Position numbers and translations under genes: made by a program
Source of the DNA: Candidatus Peribacteria bacterium
GTDB lineage: Bacteria; Patescibacteriota; Gracilibacteria; Peribacterales; Peribacteraceae
Length of the DNA: 64,000 nucleotides
Assembly (NCBI GenBank): GCA_041691135.1
Contig: JBEPVF010000003.1
Coordinates: forward strand, 64,001 to 128,000
Direction of reading: 5' to 3'
Notes under the pieces: model-generated
Database searches by the model: none
Told to the model about the DNA's origin: nothing
The model's input: the letters and a program-made list of their open reading frames with translations, nothing else
In this document: positions 56,662-64,000 of the stretch, one piece after another
How positions within the stretch are numbered: the first letter of the stretch is position 1
Layout of the letters: each line of letters opens with the position of its first letter

Positions 56662-56682
56662 CAACTGAGCTACAGTGGCATG
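56662..56682 (-). repeat. 21-bp direct repeat of the tRNA(CAT) 5' end
   Basis: CAACTGAGCTACAGTGGCATG identical to 56569-56589. Confidence 0.9.
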
Positions 56683-56889
56683 GACGTGGATTATGAATCA
56701 AGAAGGCTGATTTATGAAGGGATTTTAGATGAGGAACGTAAAGCCGTTCCAGAGGACGCAAAACCCCTTTGATCTCGCCCGGACTGATGTTATTGCATTG
56801 TTGAGATTCGCGTAGTTGCCAAGAGAATTGCAACGAAGTTTCGGCATTCACGTCATAGAAACTGATGTATTTTTTTCCTCTTTATTTCT

Positions 56890-57078
56890 ATGGCACAAAT
56901 GTATGGACCCAAGGCGCAGAGCAAAATGAAGAAAGTCATGCATGAATACAATCGGGGAAAACTCAAGAGTGGCAACTCCAACACAAAAGTAAAAAGTCGC
57001 AAGCAAGCAGTAGCGATCGGCCTCAGCGAAGCGCGTAAGGCTGGCGCAAAAGTCCCAGCCCGGTCGAGGCGGAAGTGA
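56890..57078 (+). CDS. DUF6496-like small basic protein
   Basis: KVMHEY..GKLKSG...VKSRKQAVAIGLSEAR. Confidence 0.85.
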   Translation: MAQMYGPKAQSKMKKVMHEYNRGKLKSGNSNTKVKSRKQAVAIGLSEARKAGAKVPARSRRK

Positions 57079-57151
57079 AGAGAAAGTGGACCATTGCGCT
57101 TGGCGGTCAAACAGCTTACGATGCAATCCTACTCATTTTCCTTATTTTTCT

Positions 57152-57373
57152 ATGAAGCGTTCTTCGCTCCTCTTGGGTGCTGCCGTGTTCTCGCTCGCAC
57201 TCGGCGCCTGTTCTTCTTCCGGTACGCCAACGGCGACCGACGGTACGACGAATGTCTCTTCTGATGAGGCAACGTCTGCAATGATGCAGGACACGTCGTC
57301 CGTGCCCGACGCCATGACTGGCGACACGATATCGGCCGATGGAACTGTTATGTCGGCAAGCTCGGCATACTAA
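57152..57373 (+). CDS. Small Ser/Thr-rich lipoprotein
   Basis: Lipobox LGAC. Confidence 0.7.
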   Translation: MKRSSLLLGAAVFSLALGACSSSGTPTATDGTTNVSSDEATSAMMQDTSSVPDAMTGDTISADGTVMSASSAY

Positions 57374-57453
57374 GTTCGACATCTCTGCTAATCAGTGTTC
57401 GTTACAAGAGAGGAGGTATAGGATAGATCCTGTACTTCCTCTTTTTCATACTC

Positions 57454-58065
57454 ATGAAACGTCTCATCTTCCCTGTCGTCCTCAGCGTGGGACTCATCAT
57501 TCTGGCGGGTGTGAAAACGCATGAACTTCTGAATGCCAAGAATCCGGACCCGAATCATTCGCATGCCGATTTTGCCGTGTGGATCGATCGCAAGCAGCTC
57601 GACTTTTCGGCCGACAAATACATGACAAAACCCGGCTTGGATGACACATTGCCAGCCGGTGATCCACGGAAGTACTTCCACCTGCACGATGGGAACGGCC
57701 ATGTGATTCACCGGCACAAGCCCGGTTTGGGGTTGGATGAATTCTTCAAGACCATCGGCTTCACACTCACCGACAGTTGCCTCACGCTCGATACGAACGA
57801 AAAGGTGTGTACGACTCCCGACGGCTCAAAAGCATGGCGCATGTATGTAAACGGCGTGGAGCTGTCGCCGGTAAAGCCGCAGTATGTTTTTCAGGATGAC
57901 GATGCCATTCTGCTGACTTACGGTCCCAACGATTCGGCGGAAGTGCGAAAGGAACTCAATGCCATGTCGCACGATGCCTGCCTGTACTCGCAAACCTGTC
58001 CGTGGCGCGGCAAGCCGCCGACGGAGAATTGCATTGCTGATCCGGAGGTGCCGTGTAAAGCATAA
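57454..58065 (+). CDS. Secreted His/Cys-rich hypothetical protein
   Basis: HSHADF, HLHDGNG.VIHRH, C-terminal Cys cluster. Confidence 0.8.
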   Translation: MKRLIFPVVLSVGLIILAGVKTHELLNAKNPDPNHSHADFAVWIDRKQLDFSADKYMTKPGLDDTLPAGDPRKYFHLHDGNGHVIHRHKPGLGLDEFFKTIGFTLTDSCLTLDTNEKVCTTPDGSKAWRMYVNGVELSPVKPQYVFQDDDAILLTYGPNDSAEVRKELNAMSHDACLYSQTCPWRGKPPTENCIADPEVPCKA

Positions 58066-58192
58066 AAGGTGACCGAAGACGCAGAAGTGACCGAGGTGGC
58101 AGAGGATTTACGTGCAAAAGAATAGTAAGAGGATAATTCCTCGTACTTCTTTTCGTCGGTCACTTCTGCCACCTCGGTCACATCGGTCACCT
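58066..58192. repeat. 9-mer tandem inverted-repeat element
   Basis: Closely similar to 14555-14680 and 17344-17468. Confidence 0.85.
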
Positions 58193-59608
58193 CACTAACA
58201 CATCCGCCCTCAGCATTCCCATCGAACAGGTGAGCACGAAATCATGTTGGGGATTCATGATCGGGCCGAGCCAGTTGGTGCCGACATTGATAGGGACCTC
58301 CAGGTTATGCGAGGCGTCGACCAGGTACGCAGCGCAGCCGCTGACGGGTTTTTGGGCGATGGCGTAGATCCAGGTTTCCTGGCCTTTGTGAATGGTGAAC
58401 GTATTCGGACTGTAGCCGCTGTCGGTGACATACATGACAATAATCTGGTGTCCCTGGGCATCGGTGCTGACATAGGGATCCTTTATGAGCTGGCCCTGTA
58501 TCGATGTCGGCATGAGCGTTCGTTCGATCAGACCTTCGGCATCGACGCCGGTCAGCAGAAGTCCGCTGTTGATATTCACCAGTCCCAGAAGCAGGACGAC
58601 AGTACCGGAGAAGCGCAGGAATGTTCGTGCAGCGCGCCCTTCGAGAACTGTACTGATCACGCTGATGCTGAGTAGAGAGGGGAGCGTGCCCAGTGCGAAG
58701 GTGAGCATGATGAGTCCGCCGTGCAAGAAACTTCCCGAACCCAGTGCCAGTACCTGCATCGACTGCGTGAATCCGCAGGGGACAAAGAAAGTGAGCGCCC
58801 CGAGTGCCAGTGGCATGGCAGGGTTCTGCGAGGCCGAGAGCGCCTGAATGCGGCGCATCATGCTTTTCGGGAGCGGAAGTGTGCAGTAGCGTTTGGGCAG
58901 TATGCGGAGGATGTTCAGGCCCAATATAACCATGACGATGGCAATGATGATCGTCAGAATGCCGGTCATCTTGGGACTCAGCGTCAGCACCTTGCCGGCC
59001 AGTCCCACCAGTCCGCCCAAGAGGAAATAGCCGCCCAAACGACCGACGTTGAACAACAGCATCGGCTGAAATTTGGTCCATCGATCCGCTTGTTCATGGG
59101 CCTCCGCCCATTTGGCAGAAACCGACAGCAGCAGGCCGCCTACCAGTGCCAGGCAACTGGATGTGGCAGCGACGAGACCGATCGTGAAGATACTGCCGAA
59201 GCCGAGAGCGCCTTCGATATTGGACGAAAAACTGAAGACGTGAAACGTGCGAAAGATGTAAAACAGAGCAATGACGAGAACCAGCATCCCACCCACTTCG
59301 ATCCAATTGATGCCGGTTGGTTCCGGAGCAGATGGGGCTGGCGATACGACAGCGATTGGTGCAAGCGTCTGCAACGTATAGGGTGAATCAGTGAGGACCG
59401 ATCGCAGCGTGGAAAGACCGATGCGTTTCGTTGAAAAAATCTCCACTTCGCCGCGTCGTTCACTTGCGCGGACATCGGTGACACCGGCGACTTCTGCCAG
59501 CTTTTGCTCGATCAGCAGCTCACAGCTGCGGCAGGTCATGCCACGTACGCCATACAGTTGACGATACGTTTTGACAGGCGAAGTCTGTGGCTTCTTGGCT
59601 GACATCAT
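58187..59608 (-). CDS. HMA + DsbD_2/TauE-like + cupredoxin-like membrane protein
   Basis: GMTCRSCE, SSCLALVGG, FFVPCGFTQ, FALGTLP, TCSMGM. Confidence 0.9.
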   Translation of the reverse strand: MMSAKKPQTSPVKTYRQLYGVRGMTCRSCELLIEQKLAEVAGVTDVRASERRGEVEIFSTKRIGLSTLRSVLTDSPYTLQTLAPIAVVSPAPSAPEPTGINWIEVGGMLVLVIALFYIFRTFHVFSFSSNIEGALGFGSIFTIGLVAATSSCLALVGGLLLSVSAKWAEAHEQADRWTKFQPMLLFNVGRLGGYFLLGGLVGLAGKVLTLSPKMTGILTIIIAIVMVILGLNILRILPKRYCTLPLPKSMMRRIQALSASQNPAMPLALGALTFFVPCGFTQSMQVLALGSGSFLHGGLIMLTFALGTLPSLLSISVISTVLEGRAARTFLRFSGTVVLLLGLVNINSGLLLTGVDAEGLIERTLMPTSIQGQLIKDPYVSTDAQGHQIIVMYVTDSGYSPNTFTIHKGQETWIYAIAQKPVSGCAAYLVDASHNLEVPINVGTNWLGPIMNPQHDFVLTCSMGMLRADVLVR

Positions 59609-59712
59609 GGCTATTGTAACATCCAAACAAAGCACGAAGCACTAAATTGGAAATTCGAATTTTCCTGGCTCCTGGCTCTTGGTTCTTCGTACTTCTCTTC
59701 TATACTTCACGT

Positions 59713-60231
59713 ATGACCGATCCGCAGTCTACCGACGAAACAGATGCTCCGTTGCCAGATGATGGCACTATCGCTGAGTTGGAGGCGAAAGTTGCCGAGT
59801 TGACCGAACAGGTGGCTGCGTTCACCGGCTTGGCGGCACGTTCCCAGGCCGATCTACAGAATGCCAAGCAACGCATGGAGCGTGATGCGCGCGACCTTCG
59901 TCAGTTTGCAGCCGAATCAATCCTCGTGCGGCTGTTGCCGACGATCGACAACTTCCAGCGTGCCTTTCAGCATCTGCCGGAGGATCTCAAGAATCATGAA
60001 TGGGTGAAGGGAGTCGCGGGAATCGAGCAGGATCTGGTCAAACAAGTGTCCGAGATGGGCCTGAAGAAGATCGAATCTCTCGGTCAGCCCGTCGATACGC
60101 ACCGTCACGAAGTGATCACGACCGGCGAAGGTGAGGAAGGGGAGATTACCGAGGTGTTCGAAGAAGGCTACGAGCTCAACGGCAAAGTGATCCGTCCGGC
60201 TAAGGTGAAAGTGGGAGTGGGGAAGAAATAG
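59713..60231 (+). CDS. grpE: Nucleotide exchange factor GrpE
   Basis: ADLQNAKQR, LLPTIDNFQRA, GYELNGKVIRPAKVKV. Confidence 0.95.
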   Translation: MTDPQSTDETDAPLPDDGTIAELEAKVAELTEQVAAFTGLAARSQADLQNAKQRMERDARDLRQFAAESILVRLLPTIDNFQRAFQHLPEDLKNHEWVKGVAGIEQDLVKQVSEMGLKKIESLGQPVDTHRHEVITTGEGEEGEITEVFEEGYELNGKVIRPAKVKVGVGKK

Positions 60232-60303
60232 TGATCGCATGGTGAAGTAATTCGTGAAGAATGTGCTTTGCTAATACGTCAGCAGTCGTATCCTTGTGTG
60301 TAT

Positions 60304-60726
60304 ATGGTCGAAAATGAGCCGCTCTTGTCACCGGAAAGTCCGGGCCTTCCGAAGCTTGAAGAAGGCGGCGATATCAACGTTCTCACTCCGCATCGTACGG
60401 TTGTACGAAAGGCGATAGAGCAGGTGTACATACCGCCCTGGAAGGAAACTCTTGCCCGCAAGTTGCAAGTCGATGATGCATTCACATTGCCAGACATGCT
60501 TCAGTTACTGGAAATGCTCATGGCAAGGATTTCTCAGGCCAATCACCGAACATTGGCCTCGATTCAGATTGATTTGGAGCAGCAGCCTGATCTTGATCGG
60601 CAGGCGTATCTTTTAACAATGGGGATAAGGCCTTTGCTGCAGCGGATCGACATGTTCAAATATGCGTTGGCACACAGATCGGCTAGGGCCATAGAGGCTT
60701 TGCATAGGCACTTGAAGGGGTCTTAA
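60304..60726 (+). CDS. Hypothetical protein
   Basis: 140-aa ORF; no motif. Confidence 0.55.
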   Translation: MVENEPLLSPESPGLPKLEEGGDINVLTPHRTVVRKAIEQVYIPPWKETLARKLQVDDAFTLPDMLQLLEMLMARISQANHRTLASIQIDLEQQPDLDRQAYLLTMGIRPLLQRIDMFKYALAHRSARAIEALHRHLKGS

Positions 60727-60729
60727 CGC

Positions 60730-62010
60730 TTAGGATCGGCGAGCACATGCGGCAAACTTCTCGCCCTTCTCCTCGAAGTTCTTGAACATGCCGTAGCTTG
60801 GTGACGCAGTGGAGAGCAGGCAGATCTTGCCGGGCTTGGTTACTTCTTTGGCTGTTCGCACTGCCATTTCCATATCCGGTGCATCATGGAAAACGATGCC
60901 GACACGATGTGCATCCATGATGGCCTGTTTGATGCGCGGGCCGCTGCCCGGAAACAGGATCACGTGGCCGATCTGCGAATTGGCTACTTCATCGCCCAGA
61001 TCGCCGAAGTTATTGCCGCGGTCCTGGCCGCCCAGAATGATCGTGCCGATGCGATTGCCCAATGCTTTGAGGGCGGCCATCGTCGATTCCGGTGTCGTCG
61101 AAATTGCGTCATCCACCCAGTCGATGCCGCCGATCGTTCCGAGGAATTGGAGCCGATGGGGCAGACCGGTGAAGCTCTTGATCGCTTCGATTGCCGTCAT
61201 GTCGTTCACACCAAAATGCTTCGCGATCTTGAACGCACCGCCGATGTTTGTCAGATTGTGTTCGCCGAGTAATTTGGTTTCCTCGATTTTTACGGGCGCA
61301 TCCACAGCTGAGTAGGGGACTTTGGTACCGGCGCTCTCATTCGCAATCTCTTGCGCGCCCAGCGAGGTTGAGTTGAAGAACACGACATCATCCGCAGCCT
61401 GAAAGCGTGTGATGTGCTTTTTGGCTTCCTTATACGCTTCCAGCGAGCCGTGGTAGTCCAGGTGTTCGGGGAAAAAACTCGTCACCACGGCGAGAGCCGG
61501 GCTCACCGTCAGATCCATCAGCTGATAACTGCTCATCTCCAGCACGAATATTTTGCCCGGTTCGGCCTGATCGATGTAATCGATCGATGGGATACCGATG
61601 TTGCCGATCAGGTCTACGTCTTTGCCACTGGCTTTCAGAATGGCGTGGATCAGGCTCGATGTGGTGCTCTTACCTTTGGAGCCGGTCACGCCGATCACGG
61701 TCACGCCGGTGTCTTTGATCGTGTCCAGAAAAATCTGTGTCGATGATGTGATTTTGGAACCTACGGCTGCCAGTTCTTTATTTGGTGGAATGCCGGGAGA
61801 TTTGATGATCACATCGAACGGATCAAGATTCTTCATATAATTGGGACCGGTCTGGAGTGTGTAACCCTTTGCTTCCAGAGCAGGATTGCTATCGCCAATC
61901 GTGATGTCGGCCTGTATGCCGTTCTTTTCAATTGCCCTGAGCATGGCCTGGCCTTCGCGGCCGTAGCCGAGTAAGAGAATGGATTTGCCGCTGAGATCAT
62001 TGATATGCAT
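60730..62010 (-). CDS. murD: UDP-MurNAc-L-Ala--glutamate ligase (probably MurD2-type, adding L-Glu)
   Basis: GYGREG, KSPGIP, GVTGSKGKSTT, EMSSYQL, PEHLDYHG, DDAISTTP; directly downstream of murL. Confidence 0.9.
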   Translation of the reverse strand: MHINDLSGKSILLLGYGREGQAMLRAIEKNGIQADITIGDSNPALEAKGYTLQTGPNYMKNLDPFDVIIKSPGIPPNKELAAVGSKITSSTQIFLDTIKDTGVTVIGVTGSKGKSTTSSLIHAILKASGKDVDLIGNIGIPSIDYIDQAEPGKIFVLEMSSYQLMDLTVSPALAVVTSFFPEHLDYHGSLEAYKEAKKHITRFQAADDVVFFNSTSLGAQEIANESAGTKVPYSAVDAPVKIEETKLLGEHNLTNIGGAFKIAKHFGVNDMTAIEAIKSFTGLPHRLQFLGTIGGIDWVDDAISTTPESTMAALKALGNRIGTIILGGQDRGNNFGDLGDEVANSQIGHVILFPGSGPRIKQAIMDAHRVGIVFHDAPDMEMAVRTAKEVTKPGKICLLSTASPSYGMFKNFEEKGEKFAACARRS

Positions 62011-62022
62011 GGGTTCGCCGAG

Positions 62023-63399
62023 TTAGGTCATGGCGGGGAGATACATGGCGGGAATGGCGTGATGAGGGGAAGGAGTGAGTTGCTCCTCCATCATGGCGTG
62101 CACGTCATCGGGCAAGGTGGCTTCGTCCATGGCCACTTGCATAATCGGTGTGTCGCTCAGTTCGCCGCGTTCCTGCGCCAGGATGAAGGCGCTGAGGGTT
62201 TCTTCGGGTGTGCCGACGCACTCGAAGGGCTTGAAACCTTCCAAGCCAAGGAGCTCTCGATACAGCGGTTTGAGCGTTGCATCGTCGTAGAGGTTTTTGC
62301 CGAACATACTCACGAGTGTCTCTTTGGGCAGGAAGCCAGCGAGCAAGCTGAAAACGAACGCGCATTTGGGGCACTTTCCACACCAGCCTCCGCTGCGAGC
62401 TACGGCTGGCAGGCCAGCTTTTAAGGTATCTTTCAGGATTTTCCAGTTGGCATTGCAGCTGGTCACATGTTCAAAGTACTGCGGAAACCGTGTGAACAGT
62501 TTGGCGATGTGCAGCTCGCTCAGTGGCCGCAGTAAACTGAAGTAATCGATATCGGGCGTGATGAACTGATGAACGTACGACTGGAACAGCCGTTCGAATT
62601 CCAGGCTCTTGCTCCACTGGTGATTGATCTCGCGGCCGAGGTACTTCACGTTGCCGTAGTTGGCGCTGCGCTCGTTGCTCATCACCACGGCGTCGAAGCC
62701 GTACAGAATGGCCAGGATGATCGTGAGGAACGATAGGTAGGCCGTGATGGGAATATGCCCGTTGAGCGCGCCTTCTTCGTTGAGTTTAAAGAGCGTGGGG
62801 GATAGCTGACGGTCGACGGTGATGAGCGGCAAACCGGCAATGCTCGCCAGTTCGTCGAGCAGCGGATGCGCACCCAGACGGAACAGCGTGATGTCGTAGC
62901 CCGCCTCGCGCAGCAGTTCGATGGTCACCATCGAATCCTTGCCGCCGCCGATCGGAACCAGTACGCGCTTCTTCCCGCGTTTTGCGCTCGATGCGGAGCG
63001 TTCGGTGAGGTTGGGCATCGGAGGGCCGTCCGACGGGAAGCGGATCAGCTTCCGGTAGTCGATTTTATTATTGAAAAAGAACTCGCCCAGGCCGTTCTCG
63101 TACACCGTGTTCCAGAAGTTCGCCTGCAGTGTGCTCATCGTCCCCGAGCGCATCTCAATCGTTTTGGGCAGGCACGTTTTGTAGTAGCTGATGCCGCCCA
63201 TAATGTGGAGCGCACTGATCGCCGCATTCAGCGCTGCTTTGTCCTGCGCCAGTACCTCCGGTCGTATCTGCAGCATGGTGGGCAGCGTCAGCGTTTCGGT
63301 AAAGTGCAGCTCGTTATCCAGGCTGTAATTGAACGCCATGATGCGACTATTGGCATCAAAACTGTAGGAATCGAAGATGAACTTATCGTATTGTTTCAC
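62023..63399 (-). CDS. murL: MurL-like UDP-MurNAc-L-Ala-L-Glu epimerase
   Basis: GISYYK, GGGKDS (PP-loop-like), GHIPIT, SNERSA, NHQWSKS, WCGKCPKC, KPFECVG. Confidence 0.82.
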   Translation of the reverse strand: MKQYDKFIFDSYSFDANSRIMAFNYSLDNELHFTETLTLPTMLQIRPEVLAQDKAALNAAISALHIMGGISYYKTCLPKTIEMRSGTMSTLQANFWNTVYENGLGEFFFNNKIDYRKLIRFPSDGPPMPNLTERSASSAKRGKKRVLVPIGGGKDSMVTIELLREAGYDITLFRLGAHPLLDELASIAGLPLITVDRQLSPTLFKLNEEGALNGHIPITAYLSFLTIILAILYGFDAVVMSNERSANYGNVKYLGREINHQWSKSLEFERLFQSYVHQFITPDIDYFSLLRPLSELHIAKLFTRFPQYFEHVTSCNANWKILKDTLKAGLPAVARSGGWCGKCPKCAFVFSLLAGFLPKETLVSMFGKNLYDDATLKPLYRELLGLEGFKPFECVGTPEETLSAFILAQERGELSDTPIMQVAMDEATLPDDVHAMMEEQLTPSPHHAIPAMYLPAMT

Positions 63400-63472
63400 G
63401 GGCAGAGGATAGCGGAAAAAGGTAGCGGGGTAGAATAGAGGGATTTGGAGATGATGCTAGGGTGAAACATTC

Positions 63473-63748
63473 TTAGAGATCGGTCTTCCTGATCACATAC
63501 CCAGCGCCCGGACGCGTAACAATCATCAGGCACTCCCCGCGAGTGGCATTTAAAACAGAACATGCAGCTTCAAATGACTGGGGCAAATTTCGGATGATTG
63601 CGTGTTCGGGGATGCTTGGTCCCGTTGCTAACCCTCTTATTCCCGACGATATAATATTGCCCGTCGCTTCAACCGGAACAGCATCTCTGCTCTCCAATGG
63701 AACTGCCTGACCATCCAATCCCATCATCGACGTTTTATCTTTACCCAT
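63473..63748 (-). CDS. Hypothetical protein
   Basis: 91-aa ORF; no motif. Confidence 0.45.
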   Translation of the reverse strand: MGKDKTSMMGLDGQAVPLESRDAVPVEATGNIISSGIRGLATGPSIPEHAIIRNLPQSFEAACSVLNATRGECLMIVTRPGAGYVIRKTDL

Positions 63749-63783
63749 GAACTGATGGTATCACGAATTTGCAGCGGCCCTCT

Positions 63784-64000
63784 TCAAGAGAGCAATTGAA
63801 TAAGTTCCTGCACCTTGGCGATTTCCTTTTCATCATAATCAGCAATATTGTGCATGTTGGGAATCTTCTCCCACTTACGATGAAAATCCCGATGGGACTG
63901 AGACACAGCAAGATAACCCCGGAGATACGCTACTACCTCTTCGTGAGTCTCCAGTCCAAAGTGATGCAATAAGCCGTCACAAAGGTCTTTCACTGAATAA
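63784..64000 (-). CDS. Partial hypothetical protein (3' end only)
   Basis: Frame appears to continue to the window edge. Confidence 0.45.
   Translation of the reverse strand, partial: YSVKDLCDGLLHHFGLETHEEVVAYLRGYLAVSQSHRDFHRKWEKIPNMHNIADYDEKEIAKVQELIQLLS

Noticed and set aside
14555-58192. CRISPR array interpretation of the periodic repeats
   Set aside because: Units are contiguous degenerate 7-9-mers in inverted arms, with no constant-length unique spacers and no cas genes.
1-64000. Genetic code 25 (UGA=Gly), suggested by CPR-like content and three tRNA-Gly genes
   Set aside because: Anticodons are TCC, GCC and CCC, not TCA. Conserved genes (ruvB, clpC, grpE, metG and others) are full length under code 11, and ruvB, clpC and the HIT gene end at TGA where expected.

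Overview
Chromosomal window from a standard-code (table 11) bacterium. It is most consistent with a CPR/Patescibacteria genome, probably Peribacteria-like; this is inferred from dispersed VirB4/PrgI/VirB2-like and LamG pilin genes, a TM-anchored MurF-FemX cluster and many orphan lipoproteins. Housekeeping genes include rpsA, clpC, dus, rplA, rplK, ruvB, tatD, metG, fmt, rbfA, nrnA, argS, grpE, murD and murL, plus six tRNAs (all three Gly isoacceptors, Lys, Arg, CAT). The strongest unexplained signal is a tandem pair of self-contained minus-strand transcription units at 6951-7808. Each has a promoter, two co-varying leader hairpins, 5'-3' long-range pairing, a small single-TM peptide ORF and a 3' hairpin, resembling type I toxin mRNAs. 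A 14-nt segment of one unit is exactly antisense to the start of prgI. Other signals: repeated tRNA-Gly 3'-end copies delimiting single-gene cassettes; tRNA-abutting palindromes that recur in-frame inside argS and murL; 9-mer and 7/8-mer inverted-repeat families; a pervasive leaderless-gene signature; a CntK-like racemase operon; the MurL/MurD pair; and a candidate sRNA beside a PUR-family protein. All calls were made by eye, without database searches.
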